Positions 19,666 through 28,451 of a DNA stretch of 64,000 nucleotides are shown here, piece by piece; positions within the stretch are counted from its first letter, which is position 1; every line of letters starts with the position of its first letter. The translations under genes were made by a program, and so were the position numbers. The notes under the pieces are model-generated. The model saw only the letters and a program-made list of their open reading frames with translations, was not told the DNA's origin and did not search any database. This DNA comes from a virus: positions 1-64,000 of the IMG/VR virus record IMGVR_UViG_3300027749_000047, one strand, 5' to 3'.

Positions 19666-20050
19666 TAGCCATCTCCATTTCATCTGCGCATTCGATACAT
19701 CCGCAGTTTTTAGTTAGTTTGTCGTATTCGGTAAACAGTTGACTAAATGCTGATGCAGCGTGGTTATTGTTACGCTCAATAACGCGTAATGCGTTACTTG
19801 TTGCTTCGGTTGTTGCATCAACTATTTGGCCGTTTATAGATTCCATAATGTTTTTTACTTCTGCATCAGCAACAGTTACTGGTAAGTAATTGTATAAATG
19901 CATTGTAATTACTTGGGCTATTGAGTCGAGTAACTCATGCCCTAGTAGTTCGCGTGTTCTGTCACTAAACACTTCTATGGTGTTTTTCTTTATTGTTTCG
20001 TTGTTTGCAAATTCACGTTTAAGCAAACTGCGTTGTATTTGGATACACAT
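19658..20050 (-). CDS. Hypothetical protein
   Basis: 130 aa, RBS GGAGAAAAAC-ATG. Confidence 0.75.
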   Translation of the reverse strand: MCIQIQRSLLKREFANNETIKKNTIEVFSDRTRELLGHELLDSIAQVITMHLYNYLPVTVADAEVKNIMESINGQIVDATTEATSNALRVIERNNNHAASAFSQLFTEYDKLTKNCGCIECADEMEMANA

Positions 20051-20067
20051 GTTTTTCTCCAGACATG

Positions 20068-20098
20068 AAAAAAGCCCCGACGCTGTTTGCGTCAGAGC
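20068..20098 (-). terminator. Intrinsic terminator in leader upstream of 20050
   Basis: Minus strand GCTCTGACGC-AAACA-GCGTCGGGGC followed by TTTTTT. Confidence 0.75.
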
Positions 20099-20221
20099 TA
20101 GTTACTTTTTTATTGTCTTAAGGTTTGTCCGGTCACATCCTATTGTGACTTAGGTTATCCTCCGAGACTTTTATCAGATTGAGTCACCCAGCAAAGCCAT
20201 GGTTGTTCGCAACCTGATACA

Positions 20222-20254
20222 TCTATTATACCACACATTTGCAACGTATTGCAA
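20222..20254 (-). promoter_or_regulatory. Sigma70/SigA-type promoter, leftward
   Basis: Minus strand TTGCAA-18 nt-TATAAT with extended -10 TGG; shares GTGTGGTATAATAGA with 23913. Confidence 0.8.
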
Positions 20255-20256
20255 CT

Positions 20257-20445
20257 TTATTTAAGAGTTTTTTCTAACTCTTTTAAAACATCTTTTTCAT
20301 ACCTAGATAAAGTTAATTTATCGCGATAATAGCCAGATGTTTCTGTGCGTGTAGATAGCCAGGCGCGAGCACCAGCAATGATAGCTGCTGATGAACCTAA
20401 TGAAAGCAATGCGCCCATATCCCTAATGGTATCGATATGACTCAC
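20257..20445 (-). CDS. Small membrane-anchored hypothetical protein
   Basis: 62 aa with one hydrophobic segment. Confidence 0.6.
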   Translation of the reverse strand: MSHIDTIRDMGALLSLGSSAAIIAGARAWLSTRTETSGYYRDKLTLSRYEKDVLKELEKTLK

Positions 20446-20451
20446 TTGTTG

Positions 20452-20712
20452 TCAAATCTCTTCATGATAGCCGCTGGCCTTACGGGCATCAGCCTCAATA
20501 CCATCAAGATCACTAATATGGTTACGCTCGCACTGCTTATTTTCGTACTTGTACTTATACATAGCGCGTTCTTCTTGCAACCACTGGATTTCATTGTCTT
20601 GATTATTAACAATGCGTGTCAGTTTTTTGTTTTCTTCAAAACGGTAAAGACAACCAATAATGGCGCCGCTAAGAATAAAACCAACTAACTCACAAAAATA
20701 ACTTACATTCAT
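20452..20712 (-). CDS. Small TM plus coiled-coil protein
   Basis: 86 aa; ATGA-coupled to upstream ORF. Confidence 0.65.
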   Translation of the reverse strand: MNVSYFCELVGFILSGAIIGCLYRFEENKKLTRIVNNQDNEIQWLQEERAMYKYKYENKQCERNHISDLDGIEADARKASGYHEEI

Positions 20713-20888
20713 GACTTACCTTTCTCGTGCTTTTCTAGGTACGCTTTACATAATTCAGCAAAACGTACATTTACCGGTTTACTTTCATCTTCTAAATAAG
20801 CCAAAAGTTCTTGGTTATCCATCAGAAGTTTGATTAAGTCAGTTTGAGACTTTTTAAGCGAATTAACTGCTTTGAGTTTATTGAGCAT
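20709..20888 (-). CDS. Hypothetical protein, 59 aa (not in ORF track)
   Basis: MLNKLKAVNSLKKSQTDLIKLLMDNQELLAYLEDESKPVNVRFAELCKAYLEKHEKGKS; fills gap with overlaps at both ends. Confidence 0.65.
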   Translation of the reverse strand: MLNKLKAVNSLKKSQTDLIKLLMDNQELLAYLEDESKPVNVRFAELCKAYLEKHEKGKS

Positions 20889-21639
20889 TTGCGTTTAGCA
20901 CCTTATAGTTGATTTTTTTATTATGGGGAGTATTAGTAAATGCCGCAAACGGAACGTGTACTCCATCGCTAGCATGACAAAATAACGCGTCGTCTATCTT
21001 TTCTTCTGGCGTGTATGGGTTATCTGTTTCAATTATGTGATAACGATGTAATTCGCAAAAACATAAGTTTGTACGTATATGATCTATTGCATTTTTTTTT
21101 GTAACAAATACGCCCCAAAATTTTGCTTTAAAAAAACCAGCATTTTTTGGTATATCAAAAGCCAAATAAAGTTTTGGCGATACAACAGCATCAACGTCTA
21201 AAATGTCATTTAAAGTATTGACCGTAGGGCATGGATAATCTAAATCACATTCTTCGCAAACACCATCATCATTCGCATGCAACAAATCAAGTTTATCTAC
21301 ATGTAAATAAATATCCTCAATAATTTTTTGTAATTGAGAATTACATCGTACTTTTTTCTCAGCACGCTCTTGATGCTTTAACCTATTTTTTTCTTTAATT
21401 TTTTCTTTATCATCTTTGCGCTTATCTTTTAAAAAGATATGGCGAAGCATTGCTTCTTCGCCACTATCGGCCATAGCCTCAACATAAGCGTTAGATGCAT
21501 AAGTACCTAGCGTGCTTTCAACTAGTGCGCGAGTTTCTTCGTTTACTAATTTTTGTGTCTCAGTTTTTTTAACTAACTGTTTTGCAATTTCTTTATACTC
21601 TTCGCTAGATAGCAAAGTTATTTTTCTTGGCTCAGTCAT
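20878..21639 (-). CDS. Hypothetical protein with H-x5-CxxC-x4-PC metal-binding motif
   Basis: HANDDGVCEECDLDYPCPTV; ATGA coupling. Confidence 0.7.
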   Translation of the reverse strand: MTEPRKITLLSSEEYKEIAKQLVKKTETQKLVNEETRALVESTLGTYASNAYVEAMADSGEEAMLRHIFLKDKRKDDKEKIKEKNRLKHQERAEKKVRCNSQLQKIIEDIYLHVDKLDLLHANDDGVCEECDLDYPCPTVNTLNDILDVDAVVSPKLYLAFDIPKNAGFFKAKFWGVFVTKKNAIDHIRTNLCFCELHRYHIIETDNPYTPEEKIDDALFCHASDGVHVPFAAFTNTPHNKKINYKVLNANAQ

Positions 21640-21908
21640 AACACTGCCCCTTTCATATGCTGCTCTTTCATAATGTAAAGCTTCGTGTCCAACTCGGCTA
21701 ATTTTTGTTCAAGCAAAGCCCTTAATTTACGCGCTTCATTAAACGTAAGTGCAATTGAACTGATTTGTACATTATTGTGCTCAACCCATTTTTTAATATC
21801 AATGGTAATAAAACCATCAATAAAACCGTCTGGATCGTACATTGCTTGCTGGTTAACAGCTTTAATGCTAGTAATACCAGCATCTTGTAAAATCTCTAAC
21901 TTTTTCAT
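21636..21908 (-). CDS. Hypothetical protein
   Basis: 90 aa, coupled to neighbours. Confidence 0.65.
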   Translation of the reverse strand: MKKLEILQDAGITSIKAVNQQAMYDPDGFIDGFITIDIKKWVEHNNVQISSIALTFNEARKLRALLEQKLAELDTKLYIMKEQHMKGAVL

Positions 21909-22459
21909 TAGATACCTTTCACTATAGGTGATTTAATTTTGTGCGAGCAGGCATTGCATTCATAACCCCAAGGATGCATTTTTATTGATTCGTCATATGT
22001 TAGACCAGTCAATTCAGTACCCGTACCCATGCCAATAACAAAACATGCTTGGCATACTGCAACATTGTCAATGTAATACACTTGGTATTCATTAGGCATG
22101 TCCTTAAAAGCAGGCGAACTAGTGATTACGCCAACTAGTGATGAGAAAGCGTCTAACACTATTCTTGCTAGTAAATCGTGTGAATCTACCGGCTCTACTT
22201 CTGGAAGTGTGTGATCAGGACATTTGCAGCAATCTACGCAAAGGTAGTCGCCATCTTTGATGGTGTGCTGGCATGCCCACTCATCAACTCGTACAACGTT
22301 GCAGTCTTTACATAATGGTGGTGTAACCATTGCTTTCTCCTTTTTTGCATCTTGGGATTGTTCTTTTAATTCAGTCTTGATTAGGTGGAACACGATTACT
22401 AAAACAATTGGTAGCAGGATAATTACTGCTGCGCGAAATAGGTAGGTTGCGATAACCAT
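21908..22459 (-). CDS. Membrane-anchored Cys-rich (Zn-ribbon) protein
   Basis: N-terminal TM; CxxC pairs; C-terminal HPWGYECNAC. Confidence 0.7.
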   Translation of the reverse strand: MVIATYLFRAAVIILLPIVLVIVFHLIKTELKEQSQDAKKEKAMVTPPLCKDCNVVRVDEWACQHTIKDGDYLCVDCCKCPDHTLPEVEPVDSHDLLARIVLDAFSSLVGVITSSPAFKDMPNEYQVYYIDNVAVCQACFVIGMGTGTELTGLTYDESIKMHPWGYECNACSHKIKSPIVKGI

Positions 22460-22460
22460 G

Positions 22461-22700
22461 TTAGTTACCTACTTTGCATAGTTCACAAAAGTCGCTGTTG
22501 TGGCGCTGTCCACGCATGTGGGCAACAGTTTCTTCCTCGCGCAGTTTTTGTTGCTGGGCAGAAATCTGACCCATACCAGTTAGGATAGCCATAATGGTAC
22601 CTGCTGCAGTGTTTGCTACTTTTTTGGTAGTTGCTTTAGCATCTATTTTTGGTTGGTTAACTTTTGAATTACTTGTCTTGCCGGTTTTTGCTTCAGACAT
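22461..22700 (-). CDS. Hypothetical protein
   Basis: 79 aa, RBS AAGGAG. Confidence 0.65.
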   Translation of the reverse strand: MSEAKTGKTSNSKVNQPKIDAKATTKKVANTAAGTIMAILTGMGQISAQQQKLREEETVAHMRGQRHNSDFCELCKVGN

Positions 22701-22726
22701 GATGTCTCCTTTTATGACCTGTCACT

Positions 22727-22753
22727 TCAGTACCGGTAGGTCAGTTCCGGTAG
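22727..22753. repeat. Tandem 13-bp direct repeat, intergenic
   Basis: TCAGTACCGGTAG-G-TCAGTTCCGGTAG (1 mismatch, period 14). Confidence 0.7.
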
Positions 22754-22777
22754 ACGCCTCGCGGCGTTTCGACTTAT

Positions 22778-22999
22778 CTAACTTGGGCCGGCAAATATGT
22801 GGCTCATTCGTTCTTGATGAAACATTTGTTCTGCTGTTATTGTCACGTCTGTAATTTCTTCAACAACGTGAATAAAATCTCCAGGCAAACCTTCAGCAAG
22901 AATGTGCTGCCGAGCGTCAAGCAATTCTTGTAATGTATTTTCGTCGCAAACAATAACTACTCTTTTGCCTTGCAAAGGTGTAAATTTGTATTCTTCCAT
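22778..22999 (-). CDS. Hypothetical protein
   Basis: 73 aa, RBS GAGG. Confidence 0.65.
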   Translation of the reverse strand: MEEYKFTPLQGKRVVIVCDENTLQELLDARQHILAEGLPGDFIHVVEEITDVTITAEQMFHQERMSHIFAGPS

Positions 23000-23002
23000 T
23001 TT

Positions 23003-23161
23003 TTATACCTCGGTTTCCCAGACGTTGCTAACAATCTCATCGTCTTTCAATTCGTCACGACCCCAATCCCTAGTTAGTTCTAAGGCCGCGTTTGCATCTT
23101 TGGCTTTAACTTCAACTTCCCAGACCGTAGTTTGAGTAAGCCTTACAATGTGTTTAGGCAT
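23003..23161 (-). CDS. Small hypothetical protein, 52 aa (not in ORF track)
   Basis: MPKHIVRLTQTTVWEVEVKAKDANAALELTRDWGRDELKDDEIVSNVWETEV. Confidence 0.65.
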   Translation of the reverse strand: MPKHIVRLTQTTVWEVEVKAKDANAALELTRDWGRDELKDDEIVSNVWETEV

Positions 23162-23459
23162 ATTTTACCGCAATTCGTAAAGCTCGATTGCGCTTATCCA
23201 TTGCAACCAACTTTTTGGATAAATAAGCCATAAACAATAATGTTTCATGCGCAGTCCAATCATTTGGACCAAACTGTTCATGCATTCTGTTCATGGCTCG
23301 ACCTGATTCAAAAAAAGCCACATCAAGGATTTGGCATGTATTTGCATCTGACAAACGACTTTCCAGATCCAAAAGTATAAGGTCTGCTGATTCTTCCCAG
23401 TCGTCTGTCAGTTGAACTGGCCAAACAAAACTGTCAGCGATTTCTTCGTCTTTTGTCAT
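23154..23459 (-). CDS. Hypothetical protein
   Basis: 101 aa, ATGA coupling. Confidence 0.65.
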   Translation of the reverse strand: MTKDEEIADSFVWPVQLTDDWEESADLILLDLESRLSDANTCQILDVAFFESGRAMNRMHEQFGPNDWTAHETLLFMAYLSKKLVAMDKRNRALRIAVKYA

Positions 23460-23830
23460 GAGTTGCTCCTAGCAGGTGGGGTGTAAACGTTTTCACAGCT
23501 ACAGCACGTGAACCCGTCTGGATAGGCTTGCATTGTGGATTCTGTACTTAATGGAATGATTTGCTTATCTTTGCGTACACCGCAGGTTAAGCAAAATGGA
23601 TAACCGCGAACTTGAAAAGCACGGTATGTCCATTGATTTGTTGATGTAATGTGCGAGTAGTCTTTGCACATCTCGCATTGACTATTGATAAGAAACCCTA
23701 ATTCGTACTGGTTTCCACAATCTACACATTCTTCGTGCTTTTTTGTTGTGCCTAAGTATTTGTTGCCTAGCTTTACGTATAAGGCGCAAAGCAAAACAAT
23801 CATAATAATTGGCGTTATTACGTTTGCCAT
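23456..23830 (-). CDS. Membrane-anchored Cys-rich (Zn-ribbon) protein
   Basis: Start at 23830 after GGAGAAAAAC (track start 24052 runs through promoter and terminator); TM then CxxC pairs and YPDGFTCCSC. Confidence 0.7.
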   Translation of the reverse strand: MANVITPIIMIVLLCALYVKLGNKYLGTTKKHEECVDCGNQYELGFLINSQCEMCKDYSHITSTNQWTYRAFQVRGYPFCLTCGVRKDKQIIPLSTESTMQAYPDGFTCCSCENVYTPPARSNS

Positions 23831-23848
23831 GTTTTTCTCCTGTAATGC

Positions 23849-23879
23849 AAAAACCCCCAAAACACGGTATTTTGGGGGT
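23849..23879 (-). terminator. Intrinsic terminator in leader upstream of 23830
   Basis: Minus strand ACCCCCAAAA-7 nt-TTTTGGGGGT then TTTT. Confidence 0.7.
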
Positions 23880-23912
23880 ATATTCAGGCAGCACAAATGC
23901 CGCTTGAATACT

Positions 23913-23945
23913 TCTATTATACCACACTTTGTGACCTTTACGCAA
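23913..23945 (-). promoter_or_regulatory. Sigma70/SigA-type promoter, leftward
   Basis: Minus strand TTGCGT-18 nt-TATAAT, extended -10; 15-bp identity with promoter at 20222. Confidence 0.75.
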
Positions 23946-23982
23946 CACATAATGTTTAAAAAATAACGATAGGCTAATAAAC

Positions 23983-24046
23983 ACAGAAAGGCTGGTCTCT
24001 TTCTGCAGTAGGAAGGGCAGTTTTGCCGTGTTTCTGCCCTTCCTAC
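23983..24046 (-). terminator. Double hairpin after DUF932 gene
   Basis: GTAGGAAGGGCAG/CTGCCCTTCCTAC perfect 13-bp stem (24008-24046) and CAGAAAG/CTTTCTG stem. Confidence 0.65.
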
Positions 24047-24055
24047 GCTCAAATG

Positions 24056-25012
24056 TTACAGTTTAGCCAAGATACGATGCGCTTCACGCTTAGGCGATTC
24101 TAAACGAGCCAAAGTACGGCTAATCCTTGTTTCTGTTGTTTGTGCGCGATTGGTATGATCACACATCTCAATAGCAGCCTGTAAAATACCCCATTTAGTG
24201 CCAGAAATACCCGCACAAGTAGGACCTTCATACAACTTGCGTAACTGCGCACGTCGCTCAGTCACATTTTCACGAACTCTTTGTTTCATGTCGGTTGAGT
24301 ACGGCAACCACTGATCCATAAAGTCTTCAAGCATGTAATCTGTAGCATTTTGGCTAGCAAATTCTTGAGCCATACGTTCCCAATGCTTAAAAGCGTCCAA
24401 GCTAGCCTGAATGTGGTCACGCGCCTCTTCAGTCTTGGTAGCCCAGTTACTTGTATGACGAATAGTAAACGATGTTTTGTTACTGTCCATCTGACGTTCA
24501 GCAATTGCTTGGGTATTAGCGCAAACAACCCTAACTGCAGTAGGACCAAGCTTCAAACCACCTTGACCGTCATGCCTTGAGATAAATACAAGATACGGAT
24601 AAGTTTCAGACGGGTCATTCTTTACATGAATAGGCTCATCTAAATACATAGTGGCAATAATCTGCCTACCGCCATCTAAACTAATAAGTGTCTCATACTT
24701 TAGATTGCTAGTTCCATCGATTCTCCCACCCAAGACATAATCGATAAGATTACCAAACTCAGAATTTCCAATAACAGCGTACGAATTCTTTTCAATAGAG
24801 AGATTAGCGCCTGTATCATTACGGATAATCCGTTGCCAACCGGGGATAACATTGCTTTCTTCATCAAATATCTCCTTTGTTTCGACTTCCCAGGTTAATC
24901 CTGCTTGCTTGCGTGCTTCTTCAAATGAGCCTGGCCAATCGCCAATAACATTACCTAGGTTATGCCAAGCTGGTTTGCGGACAAACATTCCGCTATCAAA
25001 TAAATGTGCCAT
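24056..25012 (-). CDS. DUF932 / TIGR03299 family phage-plasmid protein
   Basis: MAHLFDSGMFVRKPAWHNLG...AGLTWEV...SRHDGQGGLKLGPTAVRVVCANT...IRHT...GTKWGILQA. Confidence 0.85.
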   Translation of the reverse strand: MAHLFDSGMFVRKPAWHNLGNVIGDWPGSFEEARKQAGLTWEVETKEIFDEESNVIPGWQRIIRNDTGANLSIEKNSYAVIGNSEFGNLIDYVLGGRIDGTSNLKYETLISLDGGRQIIATMYLDEPIHVKNDPSETYPYLVFISRHDGQGGLKLGPTAVRVVCANTQAIAERQMDSNKTSFTIRHTSNWATKTEEARDHIQASLDAFKHWERMAQEFASQNATDYMLEDFMDQWLPYSTDMKQRVRENVTERRAQLRKLYEGPTCAGISGTKWGILQAAIEMCDHTNRAQTTETRISRTLARLESPKREAHRILAKL

Positions 25013-25020
25013 GTTATCTC

Positions 25021-25260
25021 CTAAAGACTAATCATGTATGTGTAATCAAGACCTGCTTTAATAATTAGGTCGTTTGCATATCTTTCAGCATCAGACCATG
25101 CGGTCTCAGTGTCAAAAGTTTTAATTTTGGTGATTTTGATTTCATCAGGCTCACCAGTTGTTGTTTCTATGGAATACTTACCAGTCACTCCTTCTTTTGG
25201 CTCATGGTAAACATTAATAACTAAATCGCCTATAGATCTAGTTGCTATCCTTGCTCTCAT
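25021..25260 (-). CDS. Hypothetical protein
   Basis: 79 aa. Confidence 0.65.
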   Translation of the reverse strand: MRARIATRSIGDLVINVYHEPKEGVTGKYSIETTTGEPDEIKITKIKTFDTETAWSDAERYANDLIIKAGLDYTYMISL

Positions 25261-25579
25261 TTTCTACTCCTTCATATTCACCTTCAGGAGTTAAAGTAAC
25301 CCACATACGGTGAATAAGATTTAGTGGGGTTTCGTGTGGTGTTTCCCAAGAATGGACCATAAACCCATTTTCGTAAGATTTCTTGGGATTTAGATGAACA
25401 CTTTTTGTGCCCAAGTTATGGCATTCATGATGAAGTGCCACAATGTTATCTAATGTGTCTTTACCGCCTTGTGACCGGAGTTTGCGGTGATGAGCTGCCC
25501 AACTTTCAGGCAAGTCACCACCGCAAAACTCACACATACCTTTACAACGTTTATAAAGAGTACGACGGTCAATAGTCAT
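25238..25579 (-). CDS. HNH endonuclease
   Basis: CEFCG...AHHRKLRSQGGKDTLDNIVALHHECH. Confidence 0.88.
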   Translation of the reverse strand: MTIDRRTLYKRCKGMCEFCGGDLPESWAAHHRKLRSQGGKDTLDNIVALHHECHNLGTKSVHLNPKKSYENGFMVHSWETPHETPLNLIHRMWVTLTPEGEYEGVENESKDSN

Positions 25580-25923
25580 TAAGTACGTAGCCCACTTGCT
25601 CTATTCTCGGAATCAATTGAATACGACATAATTTTAGCCGCTTCAACGTTTGATTTAAGAATAGATAGATGCATAACTAATGATTTTGTATTGGCTTCCG
25701 CTAACTTTGCGTATAACCGCTGGTCAGCGCTTTCAAGAAAAGCTTTGTTTTCTTTTTCAAAAACAGTGCCAGAAGCAGTTAAACCTGCTTTTGCCAAAGC
25801 CCCTTTATATTCTTGCTCAGCCAATACCTCTTCCTGCAAAGATTCTTTGTACTCTTTGAGTATGCGGTCTTGATCTTCAGTAACTTTTTCCAAGTCACTA
25901 ACAATACTGGCTTGCCGTATCAT
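25579..25923 (-). CDS. Coiled-coil hypothetical protein
   Basis: 114 aa, helical, coupled to neighbours. Confidence 0.65.
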   Translation of the reverse strand: MIRQASIVSDLEKVTEDQDRILKEYKESLQEEVLAEQEYKGALAKAGLTASGTVFEKENKAFLESADQRLYAKLAEANTKSLVMHLSILKSNVEAAKIMSYSIDSENRASGLRT

Positions 25924-26189
25924 TTTTTCTTACCTAACTCCTTTGCAAGTTTGGCAATAATGGCAATCAAATCATCTACGATTTCTTCGTAAATTGCTTT
26001 TTTAGGTTCTTGTGTGTGAATTTTGTCCCACTCAGAATAATGATTGTATTGATAATCATGCTTTTTATTGTATTTTTTAACCCAGCGTTTCATATCTTTA
26101 TCTTGTTCAGATAACCAATTGTCATAATATGATGAATCAAGTTTTTCTTCATCATTGTTTGGCTCTGGATTTGAAGTGTCATCTTCCAT
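25920..26189 (-). CDS. Hypothetical protein
   Basis: 89 aa, RBS AAGG. Confidence 0.65.
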   Translation of the reverse strand: MEDDTSNPEPNNDEEKLDSSYYDNWLSEQDKDMKRWVKKYNKKHDYQYNHYSEWDKIHTQEPKKAIYEEIVDDLIAIIAKLAKELGKKK

Positions 26190-26201
26190 GGTGTTTTTCC
26201 T

Positions 26202-26348
26202 TTACTTTACTCGGTCTATTCTGACATCAGAGCATACATTGGAAAGCTCTTTATAAGCAAGTACCTCAGCATGTTCTTTGTTTTCTGCGGTAATAGTAAC
26301 GGTGACTTCTGCCACCACTTCATATACCTCATTATTTTCTTGCGACAT
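26202..26348 (-). CDS. Small hypothetical protein, 48 aa (not in ORF track)
   Basis: MSQENNEVYEVVAEVTVTITAENKEHAEVLAYKELSNVCSDVRIDRVK; RBS AGGAGAGG. Confidence 0.65.
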   Translation of the reverse strand: MSQENNEVYEVVAEVTVTITAENKEHAEVLAYKELSNVCSDVRIDRVK

Positions 26349-26363
26349 TTCCTCTCCTATTTC

Positions 26364-26391
26364 TTGACAGGCTTCCTATAAGTAGTATGCT
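26364..26391 (+). promoter_or_regulatory. Rightward sigma70-type promoter for inverted cassette
   Basis: TTGACA-16 nt-TATGCT. Confidence 0.6.
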
Positions 26392-26420
26392 ATTGCATAA
26401 CACCGACAGAAAGGGTAAGC

Positions 26421-26645
26421 ATGGCGCTCAGCCTTGACGCACCAGAAGTAAAGAAAGACAAAATCTGTTCTTTACAAAAACTCCGCAACAAACTAGATGC
26501 AGAGGATCAAGCCGTACTAGACAGTTGGCTTGAAAACAAAGTAACTCCATATCGTATCTACATGGCACTCAAAAGAGAAGGCCATGCCATCGGTAGGCAA
26601 GTAGTCTACGAACACACGAACGGATGTTGTATCTGTGGCTCTTAA
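26421..26645 (+). CDS. Small putative DNA-binding protein
   Basis: CSLQKL...PYRIYMALKREGHAIGRQVVYEHTNGCCIC; HTH-like with Cys/His ligands. Confidence 0.6.
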   Translation: MALSLDAPEVKKDKICSLQKLRNKLDAEDQAVLDSWLENKVTPYRIYMALKREGHAIGRQVVYEHTNGCCICGS

Positions 26646-27822
26646 AGACTTTACAGAAATGGGCCCTAGCAGCCCTGATCCTCGTGGTAAACACCCAAAC
26701 ATTCCTAAAGGTTGGGAACCACGTCTAGAGTACGATGATGCTCAAGGTGGCTATCTTGTTACTAGGCCTCGTGAGGTTAAACAAGATGACCCTAGTTCTT
26801 TAGAAATTTTTGACCAATTCAATGTAAATCCAGAAAAGTGGAAAATTACTAATTTGCGCAGGTCTACTTGGCAAACTTATAGTGGAGAATGGCTTGAATC
26901 CTTTAAGGCTACATTTGTGCCTGTAACTATGGTCAGTGAAGCTTTAAGGCTAGATGCAGACCAGTTAATTGAAGAAGTTAAACGCCATAAACCAACCAAG
27001 CGTACAGCCCCTACAGGCGACTTTACAGCCGTTTTTGCTGTAGGTGACACTCAGATAGGTAAAGTCGATGGTGGTGGCTCAGAAACCATCCTAAACAACA
27101 TGCTGACCCGTTTTGACGCATCTAAAGAACGCCTAGCTGATATGCGTAGATTAGGTTACGGAATCGGTGAAATAGTCGCACCTTGGCTGGGTGACTGTAT
27201 TGAAGGTAACCAAAGCCAAAATGGTAACGCTGCAGCAGCCGGACGCATAGATTTAACTATCACAGAGCAATACCGTGTATTACGGCGCACAATGATGTAT
27301 CAAATCAGAATTCTTGCCCCTCTGGTGGAAAAATTGGTAATTCCCGTAATTCCCGGCAACCACGATGAAGCAGAACGACGAGGCGGTATAGTCAGGTCCT
27401 ACACAGACTCATGGGCCATTGAAGCAGGTGTAGCGGTAGCAGACGCTTGCGCAGCTAACCCAGACGTTTACGGCAACGTGTCATTCATCTTTCCAAAACC
27501 AGACGAATTAACAGTCACAATGGAAACAAGTGGCACAATCCTAGCAATGGCACACGGACACCAATTTGGTAGAGATCCAATCAAATGGTGGCAAGAGCAA
27601 TCACACGGTCGCCAGCCAGTAGGTGAAGCACACATACTCTTAGGCGCACACTTACACCACCACAAAATGCAAGACAGTGGTAAAGATAGAGTCTTTATTC
27701 AGGTTCCTGCGCTTGATGGTGGGTCTAATTGGTTCCGCCATCGCCGCGGGGAAGATGCTAAAGCAGGTCTGCTAACCTTTGTAACATCAAACGGCGCATG
27801 GCATGAAATGAGCATCCTGTAA
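26635..27822 (+). CDS. Calcineurin-like metallophosphoesterase
   Basis: VGDTQIGK, LGDCIEG, PGNHDE, AHGH and GAHLHH motifs. Confidence 0.85.
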   Translation: MALKDFTEMGPSSPDPRGKHPNIPKGWEPRLEYDDAQGGYLVTRPREVKQDDPSSLEIFDQFNVNPEKWKITNLRRSTWQTYSGEWLESFKATFVPVTMVSEALRLDADQLIEEVKRHKPTKRTAPTGDFTAVFAVGDTQIGKVDGGGSETILNNMLTRFDASKERLADMRRLGYGIGEIVAPWLGDCIEGNQSQNGNAAAAGRIDLTITEQYRVLRRTMMYQIRILAPLVEKLVIPVIPGNHDEAERRGGIVRSYTDSWAIEAGVAVADACAANPDVYGNVSFIFPKPDELTVTMETSGTILAMAHGHQFGRDPIKWWQEQSHGRQPVGEAHILLGAHLHHHKMQDSGKDRVFIQVPALDGGSNWFRHRRGEDAKAGLLTFVTSNGAWHEMSIL

Positions 27823-28079
27823 TGGACAAAACAATTATTGAAGAAGCATGGGCATTAGTAAATGGTGACCGACAAAACGACTACGGCACTGCGTTAAAAA
27901 ACATGAGTAGAACAGCCAAAATCTGGTCAGGCATCCTAGACATCGATGTAACACCAGAACAAGTAGCCCTATGCATGGCTGGCGTAAAACTAGCCAGATC
28001 GCAACAAACCTACAAAAGAGACAATGTAGTAGATGCGGTTGGATATCTTCTCGTTTACGACAATGTGAGCCTAAAATGA
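27822..28079 (+). CDS. DUF6378-like protein (nucleotide diphosphohydrolase-related)
   Basis: EAWALVNGDRQNDYG...W...QVALCM..VKLAR....KRDNVVDAVGY. Confidence 0.75.
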   Translation: MDKTIIEEAWALVNGDRQNDYGTALKNMSRTAKIWSGILDIDVTPEQVALCMAGVKLARSQQTYKRDNVVDAVGYLLVYDNVSLK

Positions 28080-28279
28080 AACGCCAGATCGTCGTCAAGC
28101 TATTTGGCGATGAGATTGTAAATATTCTCATTGACGAAAGCGATGACGATGCTATTGAAGAGGCTGAAGACTCTTCAGAGAATCTGGGGTCTATTACTTC
28201 TGCAGATTTATCTAAAGGCGAAGGCTCTATTGGTTTTAATACGCCGTGGAGTGTTGAGTATTGGGATGAAGATGAGTAA
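28076..28279 (+). CDS. Small acidic protein
   Basis: ATGA-coupled start at 28076; 67 aa. Confidence 0.6.
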   Translation: MKRQIVVKLFGDEIVNILIDESDDDAIEEAEDSSENLGSITSADLSKGEGSIGFNTPWSVEYWDEDE

Positions 28280-28451
28280 GTTTGTGATTTGCCCAGTCTT
28301 CTTTTTGTAACTCGTAATTATCAGTTATGGTGTTAGATTTCCATCCACATCGACAGCCTGATGATTTTATTACTGTCAGTACTTCATTAATGTTTTGTAT
28401 TTGTATTGCTTGTTCGTAGCGGCATTTTTTTGCGCCTTGCTTTTTGCTCAT
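28236..28451 (-). CDS. Small putative Zn-binding protein
   Basis: CRCGWKS...W..H motif; TAATG-coupled to upstream gene; convergent 44-nt overlap with 28076..28279. Confidence 0.55.
   Translation of the reverse strand: MSKKQGAKKCRYEQAIQIQNINEVLTVIKSSGCRCGWKSNTITDNYELQKEDWANHKLTHLHPNTQHSTAY

Noticed and set aside
23831-24052. N-terminal extension of track ORF 23456..24052
   Set aside because: It runs through two hairpins, a promoter and a terminator; a strong RBS sits at ATG 23830.
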